NCBI GenBank assembly: GCA_026770705.1
Contig: JANJGN010000039.1
Coordinates: 3,224,001 to 3,288,000 of the forward strand
Direction of reading: 5' to 3'
Origin: Isurus oxyrinchus
Lineage: Eukaryota
DNA: 64,000 bases
The notes beneath the pieces were generated by a model, which worked only from the letters and a program-made list of their open reading frames with translations, searched no databases and was not told the DNA's origin. The position numbers were made by a program, and so were the translations under genes. The first letter of the stretch is position 1. The number at the start of each line of letters is the position of its first letter. Positions 38,656 through 52,199 of the stretch are shown in pieces.

Positions 38656-41476
38656 GACATGTCCGACGGTTACTCTTAATCACCACGGAAGGGAATCTGT
38701 CTTCCAGCATGACCAAACCTTTCTGTAGCTTTTGTTAGGAGCTTGGAGACTTTTGATCATTTGTTACAACATATTCACTGTCTTCAGCTAAGAACGCAAT
38801 GTTGCAACGTTGCCCTCAGGCTGAACCTAACAAAAACGTGAATTGTGCCATTTGTACATTGCAGCTCATCATTAAATATACCGGCCCTTATTATTTGTGA
38901 AATTGAAAACATATAGCTGTACCTAAATTGTGTAATATGAGAAGAATGTTTTATCCTACAAGTGGATTAAATGGCTGAAGATCGTAAGACCATGGTTGAG
39001 TTTGTAGAATTTGGAGAGAGATGACATTTTTAAATATGTCAAAAACTCAATGAATTCGCCCTGATTTAACAATTAGTACACACTTAAAACGATCAGGTGT
39101 GGATCAGGGTATCAGGATGAGTGGTGGAAATGGCGGGGAGGAGAATGAATCGTTTGTGCAGAAGTGAGCTTGAGGCCGAAATATTGGAGAATGATAATTT
39201 TAACGTGGAGACCAGCGAAGGTGGAAGGTGTGAATAAGGGCCATCTTATCTTAGGTCCAGCAGAAAGGGAAAGGATTGACAACAATAAGCCGGGAAATAT
39301 GCTGGACACAGCCGAGGGTCCTCTTAATCAACCAGGAAGGGAATCTGGCCTCGTGCACAATAAAAACATTTCTGTAGCTCCGGTAAGGAAAGCAAAATTA
39401 CCAGAACAGTTGGAATGTTGTTGTAGAAATTGGGAAGTTTTGGAACAGACTAATTACAGGCGGTGGGGAGGGAAGAAAAATGATTGAGGGTGTTTGGCAG
39501 TTGATGAGATTATAGAGAATATTTATTGGCATTCAGTCTTCTAAACTGGCGTTAGATTAGTCGGGCAAGGAAAGGAAAATGTCCGAGTAGGAACATGTGA
39601 AGTGGAAGAGTCGTATAAGTTAGAAGAAAATACGCAATTCACTTTAATTTCAAAGCACTAGAATGACATCAACACGGTCAGAGAAGTGAGCAGGAATCTA
39701 AGAAAGTTTGGAACAAATATTGTTCGACATTTCCCGCTGAAATGCAGCACAATTGCAAACATCCAACTTGTCACAGCGGGACACTGTGAGGGTTGACAAT
39801 ACCAATGTGTAAACTTCAAGTCCAATGTATTCTTCACTAAATGGCACCTGTGCATAAATAAGGACGACGAACCTGTGAGAGCTTTCATTCCGTGTCTGGA
39901 GCCAGTGTTGAAGAGAGATATTACAGCCGGAATCAATACTAAATGGAAATAAAGGAGTCAATTCCGAATGGGGTCCTTGGTATTTCCCAACAGAAGATGA
40001 TGGAGGGATACTGTTCCGCAAACTGTGATTTTTCAGCCAATATTGCTTCCTTTATCCCTTTGTGGGCGACTTTGATTTATTTTGGTGCAGAGAGGGAGGG
40101 ATTGACATAAGCGGAAATGCAATGAACTGCAGGCGGCAGCTCCAAGCTCAGAAGGACGGAACTCACTCGCATTGAGGGACACATGGGGCTGAATGATCCA
40201 GTGGATGAAAGTTCAGTGATGCAAGACTATTTGAATAATCACCAGAGATTGTGGACAAGATTTGTAAAATAGTTCCCATTCAATTTGATTTTCAAAAACT
40301 CGTCTGTCATTTCCCGTAAAACAAATTTGTTACTAATATCAGAGTAAATAGAGCTGGGGACAAACAGAAGAATTGGCAGCAAACCGGCTGCGTAAGAAGA
40401 AAACAGGGTGGAGATTATTCAGAGGTCTAGACAGATTGTTGGGATGTGCTAAATGGTGTTCCAATAGGATCAGGTCTTTGACGATTTGCATGAATCATAT
40501 GGAATTGGAAGAAAAAAATTCAAAAATTGCATTCATCTCCAAATGGGAGCACGGAGAATGCAGAGGAAAAAGGCAACAATGTAATTGATGAGAAAGAATA
40601 CTAAGTAATAAACTTGTGCAATTGGCATTTCAATGCTGCTTTCGAATCACTATTGTTAAGCCTCAGGTAGGAATTTTTAGCTAATTGTCTTGTAGCCGTT
40701 AAACAGAAAACACGATATGAAGTCATTTCCCTTCATGTATCAGTTTAGCAAACACGTTGAACAAACAGCAAAACATATCCTGCTTTCAGACTGTTATTTT
40801 CGTAAAACACAGAGGGAGCTTAATGGAACAGACAGAGCATTGACAATAAAGCAATACATGATTTCCAAACAGAACCAAATTATTATCTCCAGTCAATGAT
40901 CCATGATCAGTACAATTCAACTCTGACAGATACTCCAAGTAATGCATAGTCACTGGGGTCACGTATTCCAATCGAGTTAGTGAACCACAATCCGTATAAT
41001 CTACTTTGAAAGATGCCACGAGTAATACATGTTACCTGCTGTGAGGTTTACCACTGTGGTTAGTGGCAAACACTCGTAAAAATCTACACTTACAGATACA
41101 CTCAGTAATAAGTTTTCAATGTAGTCAGCTATTCCACTCTGGTGACTGACGTACACTCATTGAGATTTTAATCTGATTCCCACCGACAACTTCCTTCAGA
41201 GTGATTGCATTCACGGAGGTCTGATTCAGCAGTACAAAATATCCCTCTAATGCAGCGAGTCTGTGAGTCACTAGCAGAGGCTTATTATCAGTTGTGGACA
41301 TAGAATAAACCCGCAGAGATTATTCAACACATTTGAACGCACCAAATAATATATATCACCTCTCGGGTATCCTTATATTGGTGACGAAGAGGTCAGTATT
41401 TGGCTTTAAGTTACAACGACGAACAAGAAAGCAGCTTACAAAGATTTAGACAACTTCAGTGGTTTTAGTCATTTAC

Positions 41477-41543
41477 CTGGAACACCGATAGTGGCAAGAG
41501 TCACGTAGAATATTTTAGCGAACTTATGGTATGTCATCAGCAT
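41477..41543 (-). CDS. GPR139-like orphan class A GPCR, coding exon 1 (MLMTYHKFAKIFYVTLATIGVP plus the first base of the next codon)
   Basis: Minus strand reads ATG at 41543-41541, 22 open codons, then G|gtaaat (donor GT at 41476-41475). It joins exon 2 in phase 1 and completes TM1 as IFYVTLATIGVPVTLLGIVIL. It is too short to appear in the ORF track. Confidence 0.9.
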
Positions 41544-41635
41544 TTTCAGTGTGAAATAATCTCGCCTTTGTGCTGCAGGTAACCTCTCTGCACCCTGTAT
41601 TAAATCCTAAAGTGTTAAGTTCTCAAATATATGAA

Positions 41636-41641
41636 TTTATA
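41636..41641 (-). promoter_or_regulatory. Candidate TATA box of the GPCR gene
   Basis: Minus strand ggTATAAAttc lies about 93 nt upstream of the ATG. Support is motif and position only. Confidence 0.45.
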
Positions 41642-42539
41642 CCATATGGGATCGCTTTGGGGATATTGATGATGAAATATTATTCAACATATTTCTTGTT
41701 TTTAATTGAACAAACAGATTACAACATCGAGTTCAGTGAGGCAATATAATTTTCCAGAGTTCGAGTTGCAACATTCCAAAGCCTGGGCAATTCTGATCAC
41801 ATGCGTTAACAAATAAAATATGAAGCTGCGTTATCAAACCAATAATTGTGCCCATTCAAGCACCATCAGGCACAGTCTAGATCCAATGTTACTTTAGTGA
41901 TGCCCTTCACTCGACTCTGGCCATTCAGTAATTAAATTCCAACTGGTGCTCTGTCCCTCTGAGGGCTGTTCTACTGCATTGAGAGGTGCAGCTGGACTCC
42001 TCAAAAATGAACAATTTGATAAGCAAATAAAGTGGGATATTTCTGACTGTTCATGAGAGAATTCAATAAATAAATCATCTGAAGATGATGCAACACCAGG
42101 AATATTTGCACATTTGAAGTGATACAACAGCTTAAACTAATGCAAACAAATAAAATAAGAATATGCAGATTACGAGGAGAGTAAACGACTAGGCCCCTCG
42201 AGCCTCTTCCGCCATTCTGTAAGTTCATGGCTAATGTGAATATAACGTGTTACCTGTTGCAGATATCCTTCTGCTTTTAGATTGTAAATAATCTGTCTAC
42301 ACCTTGAATAAATATTGAAATACTCAGCTTGCAATGCACATATTTGTAAGGATGTTACAAAGGCTCGCTGCCTGGGAGTGGAAAAGAATAACTCTTCCCT
42401 TTTTGTATTGGCCACCCATTGTTTTTGTAACAGGAACATGAGAAGCATCATTATCCAAACTGAAACCTCAAACAACACAAATCCTCCACCGGGTTATCAG
42501 CATTTTAATCTCTACAGTGAATAGTTGAGCTTTCACGCA

Positions 42540-42870
42540 ATGCAAATCCTCTGACAGATACAAACCCTTAAACTGATATGAACTTCAAACGCATAGATAT
42601 CCTCCAAACAAAACTGAGCCCCCAACAGGAACGCACCTTACCACTGACACAGACCCTCCACGTGAGACAAACCCTTCAATTGATGCAGACCCACCAGCGA
42701 AAACAGACATTGCAACAGCAACAAAACCAACAACAGGCACACACCCTTCAACAAAAGAAGGCTCTACAACAGCTACATAGACAGAAACTTAAACAGACCC
42801 TATACATGACACAGTCCCTCCAGCCAGCATAGACTGAGCAATGCAGGCTTCCCACAGACACTGACACTCC
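42540..42870. repeat. Degenerate 18-bp minisatellite (gacacagaccctccaaca-like)
   Basis: The 18-bp period produces the spurious Q-rich ORF 42578..42832. Confidence 0.7.
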
Positions 42871-43379
42871 AACTATTATCATTTTCATGCAATCATAGGG
42901 TGTGGACATCGCTGGATATGCCAGCAAGAATAGCCATCCACTGATTAAACTTGAATTAAGCTGCCTTCTTGATCCAGTACAATCCACGCGGTGTTGAGTC
43001 TCCCAAGGGACTGTAACGGAAGAAGTTCCAGGATTTTGACACAGCAACTTTGAACGAACGGTAACATATTTACAAGTCAAGATGGTGTGGAATGGGCTTC
43101 AGTTGAAACGTGCTGGGACTTGTTGCCTTTCGGCTCGAATAACCATGGCTCGAATAACCGTCGAGACGGCTTTAAACAAAGTAGTGGTGGGGTGATATTG
43201 GACAGATCTGGAGAGGAGATGCGGAGCCGAACAAAGCAAAATGTTGTGGAAGCTTTGAAAGGCACGTTTTGATGTGCAGTATTGAAACCCTGAGTGTTGC
43301 AGCAAGGGGCAGAGTGTACAAACATAAAACAAAAGAGCAACAAATTGGGTCAAAGAGGAGGGGGGAATGTTTTTTTTTA

Positions 43380-44600
43380 AACTTGTTACTTAAAAGTGCG
43401 TAGTAATTGCAACAAAATAAATGAACTAACGGTACAAATAGATGTTATTGGGAATAATCTGCCAGCCATTAAGGAGACCTGGTTACAAGGATGTCAAATT
43501 TAGGGACAACATTTTCACTGGTCTGTGACTATTAGATAGAACAGTCAGTAAGGAAATGTTGATTGGAATGGCGTTGCTAGTATGAGACGGAATTTGCACA
43601 ACAACAATGAAGTATCTTGATTGTAAAATGCAGAATCCATTACGTTAGACTTAAGATATAACCAGAGGAAAGAGGAACTGCTGGCAATAGGCTCCGGGTT
43701 CCCCAACAGTAGCTATACTTTAGGACCTAGGATAAATCAGGAAAAAATGAGGGCATAGAAAAAGGTCAGTACATTAACCATGGGTAACATTAATCTTCAT
43801 GTTGTTTGGGAAAATCAAATTGGCAGGTCTGGTCACGAGAAGTAATGCATCTAATATATTCTAGACAGTTTACTGGAACACAATATTATGGATCCAACCA
43901 ATGATAAGGCATTTTTATCTGGTAATGCGTATTGAGACATGTTTAATTACTTATTGAAGGGTAGGATATTCCAAGAGAAGCAGTGACCATAACATAACAG
44001 AATTTAGCATCCAGTTTAAGAGTGAAAAGCCTGAATCAGAAACGAAAGTGCTACACTTAAATGATGGTAACTACAAAGGAACGAAGGCAGAGTTGGCTGG
44101 CGTGGACTGGGAAATGAGATTAGCAGAATGGACGGTTGATTAACAATGGCAGGCGCTTAGGAACACATTCCATGACTAAAAAATATGTATAGGCCAGTGA
44201 GGAAGATGGTTTCTAGGAAAGGGACACCCAACCATCGTTACCCAAGGAATTTGGGGATAGTGCCAATTTCAAAGAAAATAAAATATTAAAAAAGTAGACA
44301 ACTTTCCAAATATCGGTAGTTAGCCGGAGGATTTGGATGTTTTGAAAAAAATTACCATAAACATAATAGAATGAGGGAGTAATCCTTGAATGTAAGTTTG
44401 CAAGTATTTTAAAAACGGACAGTGGGAGTTTTTTTTTAAATCTGGAGACAGAAAGAGAGAGGCTCAGGTAAACTTAGGTCTCTCAGAGAGTGTGGGTGGG
44501 GTAATCCTTACGGGGAAGCAGGAATTGGGAAAACAAGTGAATAAATACTTTTTAATCAGCCTTCACGGTTGAGCGCACTGTTAGCTTTCCACAATTACAA
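43380..44600 (+). mobile_element. Decayed CR1 endonuclease-domain fragment
   Basis: Relics of the EN motifs: AIKETWLQ (about 43463), MGNIN in place of GDFN (about 43780), DPT, and SDHN (cagtgaccataac, 43981). Confidence 0.8.
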
Positions 44601-47459
44601 ATTAAGGAAGGCACCATTGGCAGAGGTGGAAGGCGGGTGGTGGCGGCGGGGGAGTGGGGAGGGGGGGGTTGTTGGTGGTGGATAAACACAATAACTAGCA
44701 CTGGAGGAAAAATCAGCTGCATCTTATCCGCCAATTTCTGTTATCTTACCCTGAAATATTTTTTATAACCTAATCACAATTATACCTTTGACTTTCAATT
44801 AGTTTTCCCCATTGGTGCAGACATTTTTGGAGTCCAACCTCTTTAAAATCCCTCGCAGCTACCTCTCAATTCAAAGTGTTCCTTGAACTCGTAACCTTAG
44901 GATTCACTGATTCCAAATCATACATGGAATTTGAAATGTCCTGGACGAGCTTCTGGTTTGTGATGATGTCGCAGATCACGTGGGGCAGGCGGAATAAATT
45001 CTCAAGGGAAACGAAACCTGGTCGTTCTATCGCAATTATTTTGCAATTTGCAGTTCTTTCGAGATGCTTGCACTGAACTCAGCAGGAGTAAGTACACCGA
45101 GAATTTTAGGGGCTTTTAAAAATAAATATAAACAATTATTAACAAATTATGAAGGATTTCAAGCACATGCATGAGACTCCAATTGTTACGATAATAAAAT
45201 ATTTGTTACCTATTTAACCTCAGCCCCGTTACAATCCCTTTAAACAACTGCCCAAAACAGGTTCTGGACTTTACTCAAATTCAGCAAGTTAGCACAATAC
45301 CCTGAACAATGAAATTCCAAATGGCTTTTCACCAACTTCAGTTTTGTGGGACCACAGACGTATGCAAAATTGCAGAATGCACAAATGCAGAAGGCTTCAT
45401 CAAGGCTCCTTTTTGATAATGATGGCCTTCTCCTTCCACATTGCTTTTTAATCACCTTATTTCTGTGTCTCCGTTTTTAAAATGCACTTAATACTGTTCA
45501 ATATGTCTTTCTCATCACGTGAAATCGCCCATGTTGCCGCTATGTATTGTCAGTAACCTTAGGGAAAAATAAACACACTTCTTAGCCTTGTTTCTTTTTC
45601 CTGGCTTTTTAAAAAAAGGACTAAAGCCCTTTTGAAATACAAACACTCTTCACTTATCTAATTATGCAAATTGTCTTAACACCTTACATGCTAAGCCAGC
45701 ATTAAAGTTTACTCATTAGCATGTCAAGCACCTAGCTTATTTTGATGATTTAAACTGTACTGTGCTTTACTCGATATGTAACTCGATAGAGCTGCTACTC
45801 AATAAATCAGAAACATTTTCAACAAAATTACGAAGTTAATTTTCATCATTGGTACAGGGAGAATGTGGAACTGAACATGAACAAACAGCTCTTGCTGCAA
45901 AATTTAGTTTGAAGGATGTAATTAGATGTGTGTTCACTGCACAGTGCAGAACTACGTAGCTGTTGCTGTCTGGCAGCTGAAGTACAAATAAGGGGGGCTC
46001 ATTTTAATGAATTTACGAATATTTACAAAGGCATGTTTTGGTTTATCGACGTCCGAGAAGTGATTGCTTCCTTTAGGATTTAACAAGTAATGACTGTTGC
46101 CAGTAAAATTGAGACATTGAAACCAAAGCAACATGTGGGAATTAATACAATGGAAAGAAAAACAAATCTGGCCTTGTTATGGAATAAATATGAAACAACT
46201 GCAAAGATGGCTTCCCTTCTGTTGCGGGAGTTATTTGGTTTTCAACCTCTGTCCCTTTGAAACGCCAATATGCCGGAGGCACGAGCTGCAATATGTTTCG
46301 ACTTTACAATGATATATAAGCGTGCCTAAGTATTGGTGATCGATGAAAGCAAAGGCTTTCCAACACATACATTCAGTAGTTTTAAAAGCACTTGCAATGC
46401 ATCCAGGTGAAAGAATATGAGAGTTGATTTTTTTTTAAAATTGACGTTATTCTTTACATTGTTTTTTTCTAGGCTGTAACTAACTAACAAAGTGTTGGGG
46501 AGAATTAAGATGTTTGTGTTTAATTACATTAACAGGTTAATATTTAGATATTATTGCGGACACAGTGAACCACTGTTTATTGTGTTTGACACGAAGATCT
46601 CACATGTGTAATTCGCATTTTAATAGCTAATCTACTTGAAGGACTTATGTATTTATATTTGTGAAGATTGTTTGATCAGCTGGTTCGTATTGGGAACTTT
46701 GACCATCAGAAACGGAAGAGTAATTCCGTCTCTTCTGAAGAAAAGTGACGATTTGATTTGTTCAGTCATATATTAGTGTTGATTCACAAACTGTTTATAG
46801 ATGGAAAATAATTCTACTTATTTCCTGTTTGCAATAATAATTTATTCCAAGGTATGTTTAACAATTGCAAAACATTTACCTGCAGTTATGTCTCATGTAT
46901 TTTTTTCAAGCAAATGAATTGTAAAATTAACTTCTTTGACTGTGAAGTAGTGTGCAGCAATAAATGTATTCCTTTTCATCTACATTGGAAGACATGGTGT
47001 TCTGGACTGCATGAATGGTGCTAACATACGAAAACATTCGTTACTGGAATTTTACCTACTACAGAGCCTAGCTGCACAAAATTGCAGCGTTCAATCTTCT
47101 TGGAATATTGACGATTTGGACCTTATAATGTGAAAATTAAAGGCTTAGGCTTTACACATTCATGGACACGATGAAAGAAAGTGGTGACAAAGGGGAGATG
47201 GAAGAATGAGAAAATAGGGGTGTTGACTTCAAAACTAGCAGGCTTGGTTTGTATTTTTCATAGAGTGTACTTTGAATTTGCGTGGGGAAATTATGGCAAT
47301 TTATGTGTCGCAGTATGACCTACGAATTGTGTCTGTTTTGCAAAACCGTTGAGTTAGATCCAAAATTAATTAGTTATTTATTTGGATTGACTTAAAAACT
47401 GAGTTTGTTTGAATCAAAGCAATGGACTCGGGCGCATCATTTTTCTGAAGAAAACACAG

Positions 47460-48575
47460 CCAAATTGGTATCACGAAAATTGGTGGGGTGTTAAAAAGTG
47501 AGGAGGATAACCTTATATTACCGGAGGATATAGAAAGTCTGGTCATATGGAATGATCAGTGACACATGGAATCTAATCCAGATAAGTGTGAGATGATGCA
47601 CTTGGAAAGTGTAAACAAGGCGCAGAAGTACACGGTGAATTACCGAGGATCAGGGTGCACATGTACAGAGATCCCTTAAGGTTACGGGGAAAGAAGATAA
47701 GGTGGTTAAAAAGGCATATGGGATACTTGCCTTTGTCAGCCGAGGCATAGAATATAAGAGCAGGGAGCTTATGTCAGAACTGTATAAAATGGTGGTTAGG
47801 CTACAGCAAGAGCATTGCATGCAGTTCTGTTATCCGCATTATAGGAATGGTGTGAGTGCATTAGAGAGAGTGCAGACGAGATTTACCAGCGCATTGTTTA
47901 GGCTGGAGACTTTTAGTTATCAGCAGAGATTGAATAAACTGCGATTACTTTCCCTGGACCAGAGGAGATTGAATTGGGGCATGATTGTGCAGTATAAAAT
48001 TATGAGGGGCATAAATAGCGTATGTAGGAAAAACCATTTCCCATTGGTGGAGAGATCAATTGCCAGGGGGCATAGATTTAAGGAATGGGGCAGGAGATTT
48101 AGAGGGGACGTGAGGAATATTTATATCACTCAGAGGATGGTGGGAATCTGGAACACACTGCCTGACAGGGTGGCTGAGGGAGAAACCCGCATAGTATTTA
48201 AGAACAACGGAATTACCTGGAAAAACTCAGCATGTTTGGCAAAATCGGCAGAGAAGGAAGGAGTTGATGTTTCGAGTCCTCATGAAATGTTTTCTCTCGA
48301 CCAATGCTGCCAGACCTGCTGAGTTTTTCCAGGTAATCCTGCTTTGTTTTGGATTTCCAGCATCTGCAGATTTTTGTTTTTATCTTAGTATTTAAGAAAT
48401 GTGCGGGTGTGCACTTGCAATGCCATGGCGTACAAGATTATGGGCCTAGTGCTGGAAAACGGGATTAGAATTGTTAGGTATTTGTTTGGCCGTTGCTGAC
48501 TCGATGGACCGTTGCTGACTCGATGGGCCGAGCGGCATTTTCCTGTGCTGCAGGCCTCTATGTCTGCAAGTCCCT
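47460..48575 (+). mobile_element. CR1 LINE 3' portion
   Basis: ORF 47702..48322 (VKKAYGILAFVSRGIEYKS, ALERVQTRFT, WNTLP) is the CR1 ORF2 C-terminus. The tail runs to about 48575. Confidence 0.92.
48205..48385. mobile_element. Penelope-like inverted-tail insertion with a perfect 13-bp TSD, nested in CR1
   Basis: TSD tagtatttaagaa at 48192-48204 and 48386-48398. The arms aattacctggaaaaactcagca and tgctgagtttttccaggtaat are reverse complements. Confidence 0.85.
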
Positions 48576-48721
48576 ATGACAGTCTGCAAGTGGGATGAAA
48601 CATATAGTGATATATCAAGCGAACAGCAAAATGAATTGTTGCTGTCAGTTAATGTGTTACATGTTATCGTATTTATTATATCCAGCATTATGGCTGACAT
48701 TTGAAAACCTGTCAATATAAC

Positions 48722-49570
48722 CGTAGGAATAGAAAATAGGAGCTGGAGTAGGTCATTCGGCCCGTCGTTCCTCCGGCGTCATTCAATAAAATCATAGGTG
48801 ATCATCCAACTCAATGAACTGCTCCCGCTTTCTCCACTTATGCTTCGATCCATTTCTTCCCAGGAGCTATATCAAACACCTCCTTTAAAACATACAATGT
48901 TTTGGCCTCAATAACATTCTGTGGAAACGAATTCCATAGGCTCACCAGTATCAGGGTCAAGAAAACTCTATTTATCTGAGTCCCTAATGGTCTACCCCAT
49001 ATCCTCAGAATGTGGCACCTGCTTATGGACATCCCACCATCGGGAACATCCTTCCTGCTTCTAACTTGTCTCGTGTTGTTAGTGTTTTGTAGGTTTCTAT
49101 GAGATCCTCGCTCGTACACCTGACGTCCAGTGAAGAGAATCATAACCAACTCAATCTCACCTCATGTGCTGGCTCCGCCTTCCCAGGAATCAGTCTGAAA
49201 AACCTTTGCTGAATTCCGCATTAGCAAGAACATCCTTCTGCAGATAAGTTAAACAAAAACTGCTTGCAATATTTCAGGTGTGGCTGTACCAAGGCGTATT
49301 ATAATTGCAGCAAGACATCCTGTCCCTGAATCCTTTCACCATGAAGGCACAGATACAATTTGCCATCTTTATCGCCCGCTGCACGTGCATGGTTACCTTC
49401 AGCAACTGGTGTAAAGGAACCTAGGTCTCGTTGCACGTTCTCTCTCAATACATAGCAATTTAGTTAATAACATACAATCCTGTTGTTGCTAGCACAGTGG
49501 GTAACCCCACATTTATCAACATTTTACTACATCTGGTGTACATTTTCCTACTCACTCAGTTTGTCCAAAT
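48722..49570 (-). mobile_element. CR1 LINE 3' portion (same subfamily as 8238-10270)
   Basis: Collinear with 8250-9070. ORF 48838..49149 contains LWNSFPQNVIEA. Confidence 0.88.
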
Positions 49571-50410
49571 GACAGTGACAGCCCTCCCCACTCTTTTGTC
49601 ACAGCGACAGTCATCCCCACTCTGTTACCACAATGACAGTCCTTCCCAGTCTGTTAACACAGTGACAGTTCTCCCCATTTTGTTACCACAGTGCCTGTCC
49701 TCAACACGCTGCTCCCGCTGAGGCAGTCAGGTCCTGCATGTTACCTCAGTTTTAACGCTGGCCACTCTGCTCCTTCAGTGATAATCGTTCCCAAACTGTT
49801 AATACATCGACATTTATCATTAATCTGTTAGCACAGTGACAGTCCTCCATAAACTGTTAAAACAGCGACAGTCATCCGTATTCCATTACCACAGTGACGG
49901 TCCTCTCTAATCTGTTACCACAGTGGCAGTCCTCCCCTCTCTGCCACCAGAGTGAGGGCCCTGGCGACTCTGTTAATACATTTACTGTCATCCCCTCTCT
50001 ATCACAGTGACTGTCCTCCCCAATCCATTACCACAGTAACAGCTCTCACAGTTCTGTTACCAGAGTGACAGTCCTCCCCATTCAGTAACCACAGTGACAG
50101 TCCACCCACGCTTATACCACAGTCACAGCCGTCCCCGTTCTATTGCCATAGTCAAAGCGCTCCCCACTATTTTACCATAGAGACAGTCCTCCCCACTCTA
50201 CTTCCACAGTGACAATCATCCCCACTCTGTTAACACAGCGACAGTCCTGACCAATTTGTTAACACAGTCACAGCTCTCCCCAATCTGTAACTACAGTGAC
50301 AGTTCTCCCCATTTCGTTACCACAATATATGTCCTTGCCAACCTGCTTATTTAGACAATCCTCCCCAATCTGATACAACAGCAACAGTCATGCTTACTAA
50401 GTTACCATAG
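49571..50410. repeat. 29-bp minisatellite (acagtgacagtcctccccactctgttacc)
   Basis: Unit starts at 49601, 49630, 49659 and 49688, and continues degenerately. Confidence 0.9.
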
Positions 50411-50734
50411 TGAACGTCCTGACAAGTTCGATGCAGGATACCCAGCTACTATCTTGCTCATACAGCCATCATATTTAGATAGAAGGCCCAGTTCAGTTTC
50501 TGGCCAATTGGAACATTCCAGCATATTTTTTCTCAGGGATCCAGCGATAGAAATGCCGTTGAATGTCAAAGGGCGATGGTTAGATAATCTATTGATGGAG
50601 ATGATAATTGGCATTTCTGTGGCACAAATGTTACTCACCACTTGTCAGACCAAGCCTGAATATTTTCGATGTCTTGCTGCATTTGGAAATGGACTAATTC
50701 GATAAGAAATAACTACATGGTTTCAAACTGGAAG

Positions 50735-51075
50735 CCGTGGAGGCAAGAGAGACAGAAAGAGAAAGAGCGTGCCAGACAGAGAGAGAGAGGGAGAGAGAGA
50801 GAGAGAGAAGGAGAGAGATGGAGGCACAGATACAAAGGCCGAAACAGACAGATGGGATGGTAGACACCGAGTGAGAGGTTCAGAGCGATGGGGCAAGAGG
50901 AATTGAGGGAGGGAGAGGTAGTGAGGGAGGAAAAGAGAATGAGAGAGGGGTGGGCAAAGAGTGAGAAAGGCGGAAATGGAGAGTTAGAGAAAGAGATAGA
51001 GAACGGGATAGAGAGAAGGAGGGAGACAGACAGACGGAAGCAAAGGAAGGAGAGAGAGAAACGGATAGTAAGACA
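50735..51075. repeat. GA-rich low-complexity tract
   Basis: Direct inspection. Confidence 0.9.
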
Positions 51076-52199
51076 CTACACTGGACAGACATTCACTGGA
51101 TAAACAAACTTATCAAAAAATAAATAAAATTTGCTGCTCTACAGCGCTTTTCACAATATATGGGCTTCCTGAATAGCAATGCAGGCAATAAAAATGCAGT
51201 CACTCTTTTCATGTACTAAATATCTGAACTTTAAATGGATTATTCACAGCTTCAGGAGCACCCGAAAGCAGAAATTCACAAATGCCAAAACATATGACTC
51301 TGTGCCACAAATATAGAGTATTTGACTTTTCATCAGGAGCAGTGAAGTGTGTGTGTTCTAATCCCATCGGAGTAGAATTTCAAATAATGTGATGATGAAA
51401 TTATAGCTCATTCATTTATCTACCTGAGATTTTGGAATCTGCCATTCCACATAATTAAATATGCAAGTATCTCCAGACATTTCCCACAGTAACTCGAACA
51501 AAAGAATACTCCACAACTCCACAAAAGGCAAATGATAAAAATGGTTGCAGGTCGGGATCACTCTAGTCTCCCCTCAATCACGTAGCAAACAGCGTCATGT
51601 GAAACATCACTAACCCTCAACTGATCCAACATCTCTCGAGACGACGACTGACAGACAGTTCAAAACAAGGATAGTGTGAACCTCCAACGCTGAGTGTCAA
51701 GGCCAACACTGATGTCACAGATGTAATGGATGTTATCTTAACTCCATCCGTGCCTACGTTCTGTTTGTATGGTTGTGTATCTTTGTTTGGACCTAAACCC
51801 ACCAGAGGTAATAATTTATCTCCATATACCCTGTCAAATCATTTAATAATTCTAAATATTTCAGTTGGACCACCCCTGAATTACCGAGATTCAAGGCATG
51901 CGAATCCAGAGAGTGGAGGGGAGGGAGGGAAGTATCATGCTGTCTTTCATGCATCTTATTTGATCGTCATTATTATTAAATTTGAATACAAATACTCAAA
52001 CGCTAATTCTTACTTTTGTTAAAGCCCGAACACATCGGGAATCTTGAGTGATATATTCACATTCATAGGAATCCAGGCCAGTTTGATACAAAATGTATGC
52101 ACACAAAAAGATACAATTAATTAAACATATCCACAAACTAGCAACAAAGATCAAAAGCAGATCAGATTTTCAGTCCAACATATTGGACTCACAGTTGCT

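Larger units (their letters stand above)
31741..41476 (-). other. GT-AG phase-1 intron of the GPCR gene (9736 nt)
   Basis: Canonical donor and acceptor. Exon lengths 67+905=972 nt give 324 codons including the stop. Confidence 0.88.

Noticed and set aside
39500-41300. Unique-looking intronic sequence as a nested gene
   Set aside because: Only short unrelated ORFs, with no consistent splice pattern or protein motif that I could recognise.
42578-42832. Gln-rich ORF
   Set aside because: Product of an 18-bp degenerate tandem repeat.
47702-48322. 206-aa ORF as a host gene
   Set aside because: It is the CR1 ORF2 C-terminus running into a Penelope-like insertion.
49571-50410. CRISPR-like array (also considered for 24764-24977 and 30163-30658)
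   Set aside because: The first two are head-to-tail units without unique spacers, and the third has only short degenerate motifs. There are no cas genes and the context is vertebrate.
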